From the NCBI RefSeq assembly GCF_009914755.1, contig NC_060927.1: DNA of 64,000 bases, one strand, 5' to 3'. The stretch comes from the human T2T-CHM13v2.0 reference genome, Homo sapiens. This document shows, piece by piece, positions 1-12,779 of the stretch (the first letter of the stretch is position 1; every line of letters starts with the position of its first letter). The translations under genes were made by a program, and so were the position numbers. The notes beneath the pieces are model-generated. The model was not told the DNA's origin and did not search any database. It saw only the letters and a program-made list of their open reading frames with translations.

Positions 1-274
1 TATCAAGACAAAGTCAATCTTCCTTATTGTGCCCAGGAAGGTCCTCGCCATCTGGCTCCTGCCTGCTCCAATGGCCTCATTTATAGTCCTTTGCACATGA
101 GTCAGGCTGGGCTCCTTACAATTTCCCAAATGCTTCATACTTTTACTTTCACTTCATAGGCATATCATATTTATTTCTGCCTAGAACCCTCCCACCCCTA
201 TGGGTTCCCACAATGTACATTGTACTTAACTATGTCATTGGACTTACAAATATTTTAATTGTCTGCTAAAGTAT

Positions 275-460
275 TAATGCTACCACTACTATAAATAGCT
301 AATATTTAGAAATACTTGACTGTGACTCAAGCACTATATTATTTCATTTAATCTCCACATATGATAGATGAGGAAACTGAACACATGCAATGAAGCCAGG
401 TGAAACCAGCATACAAATCCACACATTTCCCACTCCACGGCCCCAGTTCCAAACGTCTAC
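275..460 (-). mobile_element. MIR SINE fragment
   Basis: MIR core atagatgaggaaactga, atttcatttaatc. Confidence 0.7.
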
Positions 461-462
461 AC

Positions 463-667
463 CAGCTGTTCTCAATAGGAGCAGTTTTGCCTCCCAGTAG
501 ACACCTGATAATATCTGGAGACATTTTTGATGGTCACAACTGGAGGGTTGGGGGAGCTATTGGCATCTAGTGGGTAGAAGCCAGCAATGCTGCTAAACAT
601 CCTGTAATATATACGACAGCCCTCCACAGCAAAGGATTATCTGGCCGCAAATGCCATAGCGTAGAGG
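463..667. mobile_element. MER20 (hAT-Charlie)
   Basis: ggagacattttt...gtcacaactgg...ggcatctagtgggtagaagccag...gctgctaaacatcct. Confidence 0.85.
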
Positions 668-1754
668 AATTACCAGGCTCAAAACTCAAATAGTACCTCT
701 GCTGAGAAACACTACTCTACACTAAATCACCTCCTGTAGATTGCCCCAGAAGATTCCGAGCATCTCATCCATACGACAAGAATTTTTAAATGCTCTACCA
801 TGGTGTCTTGGCACTTACCATCGTGTCTGGCACTTGGCAGATGTCCCATGCATTTGTGACCAACGGACAGACTCCAGAAGAAAAAAATTACTTATTATAA
901 GGCTTGATTTTTGTGGCAACTTCAATAAAGATAAATTGAAACACATATTCTTAATCAATGATACATGAATGCATGTGCACCACATTCTAGTGCATGGCTT
1001 CACTTTAGCAATACCTTATGTTTATGAACCCATAGAGTGGGAGATAGATTAATAAGCCAGATGCCTAGGATCTTTTTCTCACAAGTCCTCAAGGAGATGA
1101 GATGCTTTTCAAATCCCTTATAACTGCTACATTACAGGACAAATGTATAGGTTTATCATCTACATAGGTCATAACTTAACTTGTTTCAAAAAATATTTTC
1201 TGTGTAAGGTTCCCTTGGTTCCTTTTTTTTTAAAGAAAAATAACACAAGACTAAACAACCTTATTCTATTCCCTGTTGCAGCTACAATTCAGATATAGGT
1301 ACTTTATTCTAGATCTCCAGATGTTAGAAGTATAGCAGAAATTGCAGTGAAGCCTAGGTAAAATTTTAAAAGTAAACAGAAATACAGCAGAAATAAACCA
1401 TTCTCCAGCTTATATAAATTAATACACCTAAACAGCAGAAAGAAAGTCAAGGAAAGATTATGATTATAATGTTTTCAAAGGGACAGAAATTTAGCAGGAC
1501 TTTTGCATTCTTGCAAAACACTTCAACAACAGGCAGCATTAGCCAGTGTTGTATACAAGTTGCTAGGGGTTTGTGTGTGTGTGTGTGTGAAAAAGCAAAA
1601 AGGTTCTGTTGTGGTGCTAGATACTGGTCATTTGTCACTTTTTATGAACTGTATTAAAAGGTTAAAACATATGAGCCTGATTTTTAAAAAGTGTGATATA
1701 GTGAACTGTTCCTCACAACCTATTGTGCTGAACTTTTGCCACTTAAGGTTTTAG

Positions 1755-1789
1755 ACACACAAGCACACACACACACACACACACACACA
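1755..1789. repeat. (CA)n microsatellite; a short (TG)n lies at 1572-1589
   Basis: Read directly. Confidence 0.95.
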
Positions 1790-3400
1790 AATAAAATGGT
1801 GATCAAATGAATTTTGCTACCTGCTCTCCCCTTTCTTGGACATTTATAATGCATGCTAGTATAAAAATAGGCTCTGGAAACTTTTACAAGTTGTTAAACT
1901 CAAGATTTCCCAAACATAATTGAGCCTAGAGTAAAATAAACAAATACAGCAGTAAAAGAAGCAAAAAGTAATAATATAAGAAGAGGATCTGTCAACATAT
2001 TCAGGAGCAAGTAGAAGGGACTGAAAACAATGACAGGGTTTGTGGCTTGGGACATCAGGGTGACTGTAGCATTTCTCACTGTGATTTAAAAGCTGAGCAT
2101 GGGAATCACAGCAGAAGCCAGAGACAAGCAGTGCCTTTTCCACTGTATGTGAGAACATGACACACACTTGTCACAGAGACAGATTCTGCAAGTATGGACA
2201 TGCCAGTTGTTAAGACATTTATGACTATAAGACAGAAATGTGCAAAAAGATGACCAAGCCCAAGAAACATTATGATTGCTATCATCAATCATTATTTTCT
2301 GAGCACCTGCTTTGTGTAGACATTGATGAAATCAGAAAAAACAGAATCCCAAGAGAAACAAATGGCAAAGGGAAGAAGTACATCTGAACCATCTTGAGAA
2401 CCAAGGAACAACATGTCACAAGAGTTACAATACTCAACAGGTTCCTGAATGTCAGGATCATATATTATGCTACTAACACCATGACTATCTTGTCAACATT
2501 CCTCATCACAAACATTCCTGAGCCTCCAGGAGTCAAGTAAGTATATTCCCTAATAAAGAAGATATGCCTGCTTTCAGTCTACATTCCTTTGTCCACACTT
2601 TTGTTTTAATAAACTTGTCACTCATGACTTTCTTATAAATGCCTAAATTCTTGATCACAGAAGAGAAGCCATGACTCCCTGAAGACCCTCTTTGGGAAGT
2701 AGGAAGTTGAATGAGCAATTCAGTCCAGACCAGTCCTTTCCTAATTGTGTATGCCTCGTCTGCAGTCCACTCTTAGAACACAGAGACATGTATGTATTGA
2801 GGTGTTTGTGCATGTGTGCATATGATATGAAATAAACTATAGATAGTATTTGTTAAAATAGGATTAGGAAAAATAAAAATTGGATAAAACATGCAGATCA
2901 GCAAGACAAACGTAAGTTGAGATATGTAAGCCACAAGTTTCTTCACTGTGATGAGTTGGACCATGAATTTGCCTTCTTTTTTTTTTTTTAATCTCTAAAT
3001 CACGATTGTCTCAGCAGATCTGAGACAGATGTCAATGATTTGCACATTGTCCATTGTTCAGTAATTTTCAAATAACTAGAATAAAATAAGCTATTCAATA
3101 CAATTCAATATATCTTAACTGCTAAAAGAATATACTTCAAGATCCTTCACTGCCTTAAATGAATGAGTAGTAACTGGAAAAATAGCTTTAATAGACAGAA
3201 GGCACTGTCTGACAAATAGCAAACAACTGTTTGCTTTTAGCACATAAAGTGGTAAGATGATATCACAGAGGGTTTTCGTTAAGTTCCTTTAAATTATTTT
3301 GCCATAAAAGATTTTTTAAATAAAAAATATTGCTTCTTAGAATAATTTTAAACATATCGATGGATGTTGGTCAATCAATAAAATCAACTGAATGATTTCA

Positions 3401-3686
<286 letters not shown>

Positions 3687-6569
3687 TTAAACCACTATAC
3701 CAATATCATTTAATTTCTGGTAAGCACTGACCAGCAGACAGTACAAGATTATCACAGATTATCTTCTTGCAAAAGCCTCAAATGCAAGTATTCTGGGTTG
3801 CTACAGGTAGATCTGCCTTCTGTGCAAATTTAATGTGTCTGAGCAAGGGAGATGAGCCCTGTTATCAAGCACATCTACATCTATCAGAAACACTTTCCAG
3901 GGAGTATATCAGATTGTTAGGACTGACTGTCATGATGGAAAAGCTACAATATGGTTCTCAGGACAGTCAAGGTTCCTAGGTCCTAATTCCAGACTCCCCT
4001 GATTTGCTATTTGGAAAAGATCCTGAAGTTCACAGCAGAACTCAGTTTCTCAACTCAATAAAAATAGCACTGCACAAGAGCTGACAGTATATAAAGACTT
4101 CAAAGTCCTTTGAAATTAGGACAGTAGGGACCAAACAACATTAGCATTGAGCATAGATCACTATTCTAGCTGTCAGTTGGCCAGGTTCCTGAGAGGAAGA
4201 TATGGAAATATATTACTTGTGACTCAGTGATTTGGATACTCCCCCCCACTTGTTTAAATGCCAAAATTGACTAACAAGTTTGGGAACTTAAATTGGAGAA
4301 TGAACATTTTAAATCAGAAGCTCACCGGTCTAAATATATTCAACTCCCCTACTACTTGGATACAAGAGATTCTTGAGTGAATCTCACTGGAATTTACATT
4401 AATATACATGGGCTATAGAAATCACAAACAATCACCTCCTCAGATATAAAATAACTATTTTTAGGGGCCATATGAGAGACTCCAACAGGTATACTCATCT
4501 CATCACAATGGAGACAATTTCAGAATCCTTTTGTATTAATATGTTGTCTCATAGGTCACTGGGCTGCATGCTGAACTGAAAAATGGCTAGCAGAGCCAGG
4601 TACATAGTAGATACATAAATATTTGTAGACTGAATGAGGAATCAAATCAAAGAATCAGAATGACTTTAAATAAAACAAGGAGTTAACTTGCCATCCATTG
4701 CTCAACCAGCTTTGACACTAGAACAAGCCCTTCAAGCAAAACAGACAGCTGTGATCTGGACATATGATGCAATGCAGGCAGCAAACGTTCACTCTGGACA
4801 AATCCAAGTCCAAATATGACACTTAATACCAACCCAGAAGGGAAAGAGAAGCACTGCCTTTTCTACCCTTCCATTCATTCTTCCAACAGTGTTTCACCTG
4901 TGCCCATGTACCAAGCTCTTTGCTAGGCTATGGGGAGTCAAAGATGAATAAACCCACACATCGTGCCTCATCACAACTTAGAGGTGGGAACAGAAATGGA
5001 AACAAACTGCCCTGCAGGGTGATAAGAGCTATATAGACTAAAGCCCAAAGCATCAGGGGCCACATATTCAGGGGTGTTTATGGCCATAGGGTCATTTTCA
5101 AGTACCTCGTTGTCCTGTCCTCTCAAATTGCTCTAATCAAAAGTTGGCTGACACACTAGATATTTGGGAAAATTAGCTTACAGAGTGTGGTAACCACTCA
5201 TTCCTCTAGGTTTCCTGAGCTTTATTTCTGCATTGGGATTCATCACCAGAATCTCCACTGATAGGCCATAGTAGCTCAGGCCCCCAACAATAAACATACT
5301 GGGTTACTTTTCATTATTATGTCTTCTGCAATTTTTTTCCATTCCAGAGTTGGTAACAAGACAAGATCATATAAAGAACCTCACTTCACTTTATGTAGAA
5401 TTGAAGTTCAAGTATTATCCATGATATAATTTGATATTTCATACGAGTATATACTAGTTGGCAAGCACCATGGCAGGCACTCTACATGTGTCATCCTTAC
5501 AAGTTTAATGCATGCCACCTCCAGACCCCCTTTTTTTCTGTTAACTTGGCTACTACTAAGAAGCTCAGAGCCAAATTAAATACTCTAAAGCAGTAAGCAC
5601 TTAGGATTGTAGTTTAATTATCTTCCCTCCTCTACAAGATTTTGATCTTTCTTCCCCTCCCATTTTTAACAGTCTGATTTTGTGAAATTTTTACTATGCA
5701 TTTACTCAGCACACTTATGAAAGTCAATACTCTAGACACAAAAACAAATCACCATAATCTTCAATTATAATTTCCTTTTGCTCTCAATTGGCAAGAGTTT
5801 CCATGAATAACTAATTTGAAGATGACTCCTTTGATATTATGCTCTGGTCACTTGAAAACTCAAATAATGCAATATTTCCCACCATCATTTGGTTCAGAAT
5901 ACTTTTATGAAGCGGCAAAAGAGGGCAAAAAGAGGCTGGCTGACTTAACTAATAACATATGATAACCATCAGGTTATTTTCAAAGCTATCACCAAGACCT
6001 ATTTATTTCTATCTTGTGTTGGATCCTGACCATTACATTTTGCCCCCTCACCAACCACCACTTTTGCAGCCCAAATTGTACCACCATGCACTGGTTGGTC
6101 CACTTAGGGCTGCCATTGCCAGAGGCACTGCCAGGACCTGCTGAGTGAGAAGACACTGCCATCACCCAGTGAAGTCTAGTCCCTGGAATTTCACTCTTAG
6201 CACTGACAATGCTTCTGGAACTCATAAAGATTCTGCTGAAATTCAGGGAGTTGAAGGTCAATGTCTTCCAGGGATCAAGGTAACATGTCAGAAAAATTCT
6301 GCTGCTGAGGATTTCCATGTATTCAAGGCAAATGCCCTTAGGAGGAACTCGCAGAAATAGCTCTTTGCATTGTCACTACACAGAATGGAAGACCAGCTTT
6401 TATTTCGAAAAGAAAGAGAGAGAGAGAAAAATAAAGAGTGAACCATATAAGCATGGAATGTGTGCAACACACACATACACATGCACACACAGAATAGATC
6501 TTGGCATGCCCAACTGGCACCCACTTAGGATGTGTAGTCAGGTATTTTTGAGAACATAATATTTGGACA

Positions 6570-6920
6570 CAATCATTAATTTATTCACCAAAGAGTTATC
6601 CAGCACCTACTGTGTGCCAAGTATTGTTCTAGATGCTGGAAAATAAGAGTGAGTGAGGCAGTCAAGAGTCCTGTGCTCATGGATTCGATATTCTAGGCAA
6701 GGATACAGGCGATCAACAAGCATCAATTGAAATGAACAATTCAGATTGCAAATACAATAAAGGAAAGAAAAAGAAGAACAAAACAAACAAACAAAGAGAA
6801 AAACCAGTGTGATGGGTCTGAAAAGGAATGAGGGACCGCCTTTGCTCAAGTGGTCAGGGAAGGGCTTTCTAAGAAGGTGACACGTAATCTTACACTAGAA
6901 TGAGAAGACCAGGGCGAAGA
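6570..6920 (-). mobile_element. L2 3' fragment (another at ~4870-5060)
   Basis: cattaatttattc...cagcacctactgtgtgccaag...ggtcagggaagggctttctaagaaggtgac. Confidence 0.75.
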
Positions 6921-9070
6921 AACCAATCACCTTTACTCTGATTTCCATCAAAAAGATGGGCTTACTAAAAAAAGAAACATGCAATACCATTTGTGGCTCC
7001 ACACAACTCATGCTTTAAACAACTGCAAAAACCCCAGGAGAGGAAAGGAATCCACAGCTTTCTCTGCTTTTAAGGCGATTTTAAGAAATCACCTTTCCCA
7101 AAGATAATGGATTAAAAAGTTGTCTTAATTCATCTCTAATTATGGCAGAATTTACTACAAAGAAACTGAAAGGAGATACATGGAATATTCATTCCTCTAC
7201 ATAATGTCAGTTGCTTTATGTAACAATATTCCAATGTCAATAAAAGTATACCTTTGCATTGTAATGCCAACAGGAATTATTTCACTTTAAAAAACCAGTT
7301 CTGTAGCTATACTCAGTATTATTTATTTTTCACTGGCTATAAAATAAAGCCAAACTGTATTTACTAGCAGATGGTCTCACTTCCAATATATAATAAACCT
7401 CTGAGATCAGGTAAAAATAGATTCTGTTAGTATTTCTTTAACATGCTCAAATTATAAATGATCGTTCACCAATGTCTTTGTATAAAACACTCCAAACAAA
7501 TCACTTGGTACTGGATTTCTGTTTGACTCAATTAAAACACTTAGCCACCTGGCATGAAAACATCCTAAAAACATCAACTGCTTAAAATACTTTGCACTGA
7601 AACACGTTTTTCATTGTTTCCTAGCCTCTGACTGATTTCGGAATTAGAAAGAATTAAGCAGAAGTGAATTGGGGAGCAGGTCAGTCACTGAATATTCAGA
7701 ATGAATCATGAACACGTTAAAATGCAATTTTTATTTCTTTGCAGTGCATTGCATGCTATACATTCTTACAATTTAAATAAGCATACTAAACTAAAGCCAA
7801 ATAATGTGAAGATTGCCCAACAGGTCTACATTACCTAATACATTTATCATTATATAAACTGCTGTGCTTGATATTAATACACTGTGCAAGGAATGCTTAA
7901 TTTCTTGAACTTCCACACAGGTCTTTAAAACTGAATCTCACTAGTACCCAAGACCAATAATGTGCTGAGGAAGAAGGTATTTCAAATATATTTACTGATT
8001 ACACAGTGTTTGAATCTTCAAAAATTCTAAATTTATGTGGACAAAGGAGAATGGAGAATCTGAACTTGGCTGTTCATGCAAACTCTTTCCTTTCTTTGAC
8101 TCACTTTATGAATTGTTATGTTTCTAGATCCTTCTTTTAAAATTTTCCATTTGGGGAAACTTGTACATTTAAAAAAAATTCATCTCATTTTCTCCCTCCC
8201 CCTCCTTAAAATAAATAAGAAGGCTTAAGAATTAACACTAATAATAATCCCACAATGGTCATTGGGAAATCCTCCCCCAAAGTGACAACTGCCGCTAAGA
8301 AGGGCAAAATCCACTAAGAATGAAAATTCCCCCAAATGAGTCCTTCTCCGAGGGGGTGGAGGTCACACAGTTGGCACAATTGGTATCACAACCAACTCGA
8401 GGAGACCCAGAGGAAGATGCTGCGCCAAGAGAAGCAAAGCGAAGGAGCGCGACCCAGGAGGCTAGCGAAATCCCCGCCAAGCCCCCAGGAGGCGGAGAGA
8501 AGCCCAGTCGCCAGGCACCGGCCACGGCGCACGCCAACATCCAGGATAATTCTCCTTTCCAAGCCCGGGAGTTCCGGGGCAGGCGAAAAAGGGGGGATGG
8601 GAGACCCACAGTCCCTTTAACCCTCCCCCCTGGCCTGCCAACCTTTTCCGAACCCCCATGTCACACAACTTCCTCATCATGGAAACTTCCACTGGGTTCG
8701 GCGCTGAGGATGCCAAACTCCATTTCACAAGGAACATGTCAACAGCTGGGCTTGGGGTTTGAGGAACAGAGCCGCTGCGATTGGAACAGAGCCCGGCCAC
8801 CCTGTTCCACCACTGTCCACTCCGTAGCTCCCAGCCTGCCGCCGCGCGGTGCCCGAACACGAGAGGGCACCTCCTCCCAGATCCGGGGCGCAGAAGCCCC
8901 GCGGAGGCAGGTAATCAGGCTGATGACACCCCCACCACCCACGCTCACCCGCCTGCCCGCCCGCGCGCGCTCGGCTTAGCCGCCCGCACCCCTCCGGGTT
9001 CTTGCGACGCTCCGTCACCATCCCGCCCACCCTGTGGACAGTTGGAACTGTCGCCCCCTCCTCCTCTCAC

Positions 9071-9420
9071 CCCGCTGCCTCCGCGCGGTCCTCTAGCCAA
9101 ATTACCAGTGCCCTGGAGCCGGTTGGGTTGAGCGCCCCTGCCCGGGGAAGGTAGCCTGCGGGCTCTTGCCCCGAGCCCGCGGAGCAGGAGGTCTCTTTTC
9201 CAAGCGCACTCACATTATTCATGCAAAGTTAATCCCCGCCGCGTCACGGCCGCCCGCCCGAGGATGTGCGCCTTCCTTGGCCAAGCCCCGCAGTCTCCAC
9301 CCTCCTCCGCCCCCTCCTCCCGGCGGCGGGGTCCCGGGGAGCGCCGGCGACTGGGCGTCGCGCGAGTCCTGCAAAATGTCAACTCCTTGGGCGAAGAGAG
9401 GCGGCCGCAGCCAGGGCCGC
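9071..9420 (-). other. THRB: THRB main non-coding first exon (5' end uncertain, 9240-9420)
   Basis: Donor GGG|GTGAGA at 9071/9070 is where the remembered cDNA leaves the genomic sequence; TATA box about 30 nt upstream of 9420. Confidence 0.8.
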
Positions 9421-9443
9421 GCCGCACCTCCCCGGTCTCTCCA

Positions 9444-9451
9444 CTTTTATA
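9444..9451 (-). promoter_or_regulatory. TATA box TATAAAAG
   Basis: Plus strand cttttata is a perfect TATAWAWR on the minus strand, isolated in GC-rich DNA and oriented toward THRB. Confidence 0.7.
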
Positions 9452-9551
9452 GGCGTAGGAAGCTACTGCGGCTGGGGCACCAGAGTCCCCGCCTCTCCGG
9501 GTCCCCCGCGTGCCCGGCCCGCCCCGGCCCGCTTCCCGGGCGCTGTCTTAC

Positions 9552-9750
9552 TCCGGGCCCGGGGCGCCTGCTCCGCGCCGCGTCTGCGAACCGGTGACCT
9601 GGTTTCCCCTCCAGCCCTCACGGCTGTCCGACTTGCGCGGCGGTGGCGGCGGCGGCCAAGAGCAGGCAAACCCGGCTCCGCCAGGGGCGCAGCGAGGAAA
9701 TGGCCTCCTGGCCGCACACCCCGCCGCCGCCGCCACCGCCATCGCCACCG
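9552..9750 (-). other. THRB: Probable alternative upstream THRB first exon
   Basis: Donor GGA|GTAAGA at 9552/9551 inside the CpG island; start position is approximate. Confidence 0.55.
9595..9610 (-). promoter_or_regulatory. Proximal DR4-type thyroid hormone response element AGGGGA-aacc-AGGTCA
   Basis: Perfect AGGTCA half-site with a second half-site 4 nt upstream, about 180 nt upstream of the TATA-predicted TSS; T3 autoregulation of the TRbeta1 promoter is established. Confidence 0.65.
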
Positions 9751-10297
9751 CCCCGGGCTGCCCAGCCGGTACAGACGCCCCCTGCCAGGCTCCGGGCCAG
9801 CGCTCCGACGCGCTCACAGCGCCCGGCTTGCCGACCCCGACCCCGACCCCGAGTCCTACGCACTCGAGGTCCCCGGGCCGGCCGCCTCCGCACCTGCCTC
9901 CCCAGGTGTGGGCGCTCCCCCTCCTCCTAATCCCGGCCGTGCCCTCCCAGGGTTGGTGACGGTGCTGTGGGTTTGGTGGCCGCGCGTCCACCCACCCGAT
10001 TGCCTGCGCGCATAGGTGCGGGTTTGGGCGTCATTACTCTAGTTGGAGAAGAGGAAAGAATGGGGAACGAGTGACACCGGGACCGGAGGGCGAGTCTTCC
10101 AGGAGCACGTCTCGGCCTTCTTTGCCCGGCCCGACCGGCCCGACCCGTGCCGCAGCGCTCCTCCCTCCGCTCCTAAACCACTTGTGGCGCGTGTCGGGAA
10201 TACAGGGCGCTCTGGCTCTTCTTGGGGCCTCCGCTGGTCCGACCATCTGGCAGCTCTCTTAACCACCACGGCCACCCCACGAATGGAAGTTTGGGAC

Positions 10298-10313
10298 GTG
10301 CCTGGGTTGCCCT
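10298..10313 (-). promoter_or_regulatory. Distal DR4-like element AGGGCA-accc-AGGCAC
   Basis: Degenerate direct repeat with 4-nt spacing, about 880 nt upstream of the predicted TSS. Confidence 0.4.
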
Positions 10314-11180
10314 TAAGGAGGACACCCCCGCCCCCACCGCCATTATGCATATCGTGGGAGAGGCGCGTACAGGGCTGAGACACTCCTCAGGTCCCAGAAC
10401 GGCCGCCCTATTAATTTGTCTTTGCCCTGGAAATGTATAGATAAAACCAGGAAGACAAAAATAATGTATACTCTTCAAGAGATCTTTCCCGGGCAAATAT
10501 AGGTCTCTCAAATGCCCCCGACCTTAAGTCCTGGAGACCAGGAAGAGACTTGCTTTCTGAGCTAGAAGGATACTTGGGAAATACCGAGTCCTCACTCAGC
10601 TAAAAGGTAGTCAATAAGGAACTATAGTTGCAACAAAACTACTTTGACAACAGAGTACAATTAATTTCTTATAGACAGTATTAAAATAATTCCGACATCA
10701 TAATTTAATATTCACATCTATTCGTGTAACACGCAGTATAATAGAGTTATGACGATATGGATCCTCAGCTGCCTGACAATGTATAGGTTATTTATTGGAA
10801 GGTTCTCTAGATTTCCAGCCAGTGACATGTATGTTTTATTCTCGCTTCTTCTGAGCGTCCCAGGGAAAGGGGTGAGAGGCCCCCCACCCCTGCTGACAGC
10901 ATTAACAACCACCCCGCTGGATAAGCAGGGTTTCACTGATGCACTTTTAAGAAAGTTGCAGGCCCCAGAGACCCCATTTCCCTTTGGTCCTCGGTGAGAA
11001 GTCCGTGCTTTCTTCTCTACTCTTAATAAGTCTGCACCATAGGACTTGCAGGCTTCTGTAGTTGGAGAGCTGTTCTCCTTTGCAGGGAAGTTCCTGGGCT
11101 TTGCTCCAAAGCTGCCCCGGAATGTTTTGGTTGGTTTGGAGAAAAGCTGTGGCGTCTACACCACTTGTTCCAAGCAGGCG

Positions 11181-11193
11181 GCCCCCTGGTGGC
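11181..11193 (-). promoter_or_regulatory. CTCF core motif GCCACCAGGGGGC
   Basis: Near-consensus match to CCASYAGRKGGC on the minus strand. Confidence 0.65.
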
Positions 11194-12065
11194 TAACGGG
11201 GGGTGAGAAAGCTGGCCACTGAGGAAGAAGTCTGGCGCAGGTAGGCCCCAACAGTTGACAACCTAGTCTTCGGGTCTTCTTCACAGCGTGTGAACAGCTT
11301 AGTATTACCGCGGGGGGGCGGGAGGGGGTTGGGGGGTGGTGAGGTGAAGCAAATCTTCCTTCAACACGGTGGATCATGGGCTTCTCGGCCTACTGGAACT
11401 TTTAATTTTTTTCTCTTCCTGAGTATAACTTGGAGCTAAATTATTTAAGAAGGAGACATACAGAGGACAAAATGAAATGTAACAAAAACTGTTGCTTCTC
11501 TTTGTTCAAGGGCTTTGTCTTTCTGATCTCATTTTGCCCAGAAAATTCAGAAATGAGCCAATTAAAGCATGAAATAAATAAAGGGCGTGGCATTATTCAA
11601 ACAATCCATGAGACTGTGGTAGTAACAATGTTCTACAACAATGGGGGAGGGCAGTTTTACTGCAATGTTAATGATAACGTGAACTACTAGGGTTCCATTT
11701 TGAACAGGACCTCTGAGGGCTGTCCTACAGGCTGCATGATGATGGTAAAGAAGGGTTACCAAGAGATCGTGTCATTTATTTTTCTGGTTTTACACAAGGT
11801 AGGACAATGGAGGAGAATGTCATGATGACTTGATTGAAGGAAGAACATTTATTCAAACTTTAGATTATGTGGTCATGTGTTCCAGCTGACTTGAGAGGGC
11901 ACACCAAGGCTGTTTCTAGGACCCATTCCCATATTTCACCATAGACATCCTCATTACCAGGATCTATACCTTTAAGCTGATGACTCAGTTCAAGAAAGCA
12001 ATTCATTCATATATTTATTTATTTAGCAACTACTGGGGTAAGAAAATGAATGAAACAGAACCTCA

Positions 12066-12313
12066 TAGGGCTCGGATTGGGCAGAAGTGAGTGAGGCCAG
12101 TGATACAAGTGCAGGGTCTGAGCCTGCCTTTATTTAAAATTTTGATGTATTGTTCATCATGAATAATTGTTGCATTAATTTTGATTTTTAAAATAGTGCA
12201 TTAAAATATTTCTCCTGATTTACTGAGGCTTTTTTTTTTTTCTTTTTTGGCATCCCCTTAAATTTCACACCAGGGATGAGTGCCTCACTTGCCTAAACCT
12301 AGTCCCTGCCCTG
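12066..12313. mobile_element. MER96B-like hAT-Tip100 element
   Basis: Termini tagggc...gccctg; internal tttaaaattttgatgtattgttcatcatg and gcctcacttgcct. Confidence 0.7.
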
Positions 12314-12779
12314 CTATGCCCTCAGTGTTACCAGAGTCTTTTCAGAGAAGCAAAGTTCAAGTTAGAATGTCCTAGATGTCAAAGATAATTAATATATAGT
12401 GAAGGATTTGGGGTCAGGGAGTTAGAGACGTGGGCGTGAGGGGAGGGAAAAATCAGGGAAGATTTCATGGAAAATGGTGGCACTTGAACCAATCCATCAA
12501 AGATGGACCACATTTTGCCAGGGAGTATTGGGACTGGAACCCCTGGTATTGTTTTGCTTATTCAGCTACTTCTCAAGCTGGCTGTGCAGCCACCTGACCT
12601 AGCCCTGGAGATTCTGCTTCTGTCTGTTCATTGTTAGTTCTTGGAACTTATTTTTTCTATGAGGGCTCCAGTGATTCTGGTCCATAGCAGCTGGGTAAGA
12701 ACTCCAACCCTTCAGGAAAGACAGCTTCTTGGGGAAGATGACAGGGTCAAAATTATCTAATTCAAGTACACTCTAATTC

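Larger units (their letters stand above)
8380..10410. promoter_or_regulatory. CpG island 1, THRB / THRB-AS1 promoter
   Basis: Sharp rise in GC and CpG density, GC boxes, GCC repeats, no interspersed repeats. Confidence 0.95.

Noticed and set aside
9831-9852. (CCCCGA)n hexamer resembling a disease-type expansion motif
   Set aside because: Only about 3.5 copies, ordinary for a CpG island; at most a weak G-quadruplex
8295-10511. Many overlapping 100-249 aa ORFs in CpG island 1
   Set aside because: Pro/Arg/Gly/Ala-rich in all frames, as expected from stop-codon scarcity in GC-rich DNA; no recognisable domain, and THRB coding exons lie far outside the window
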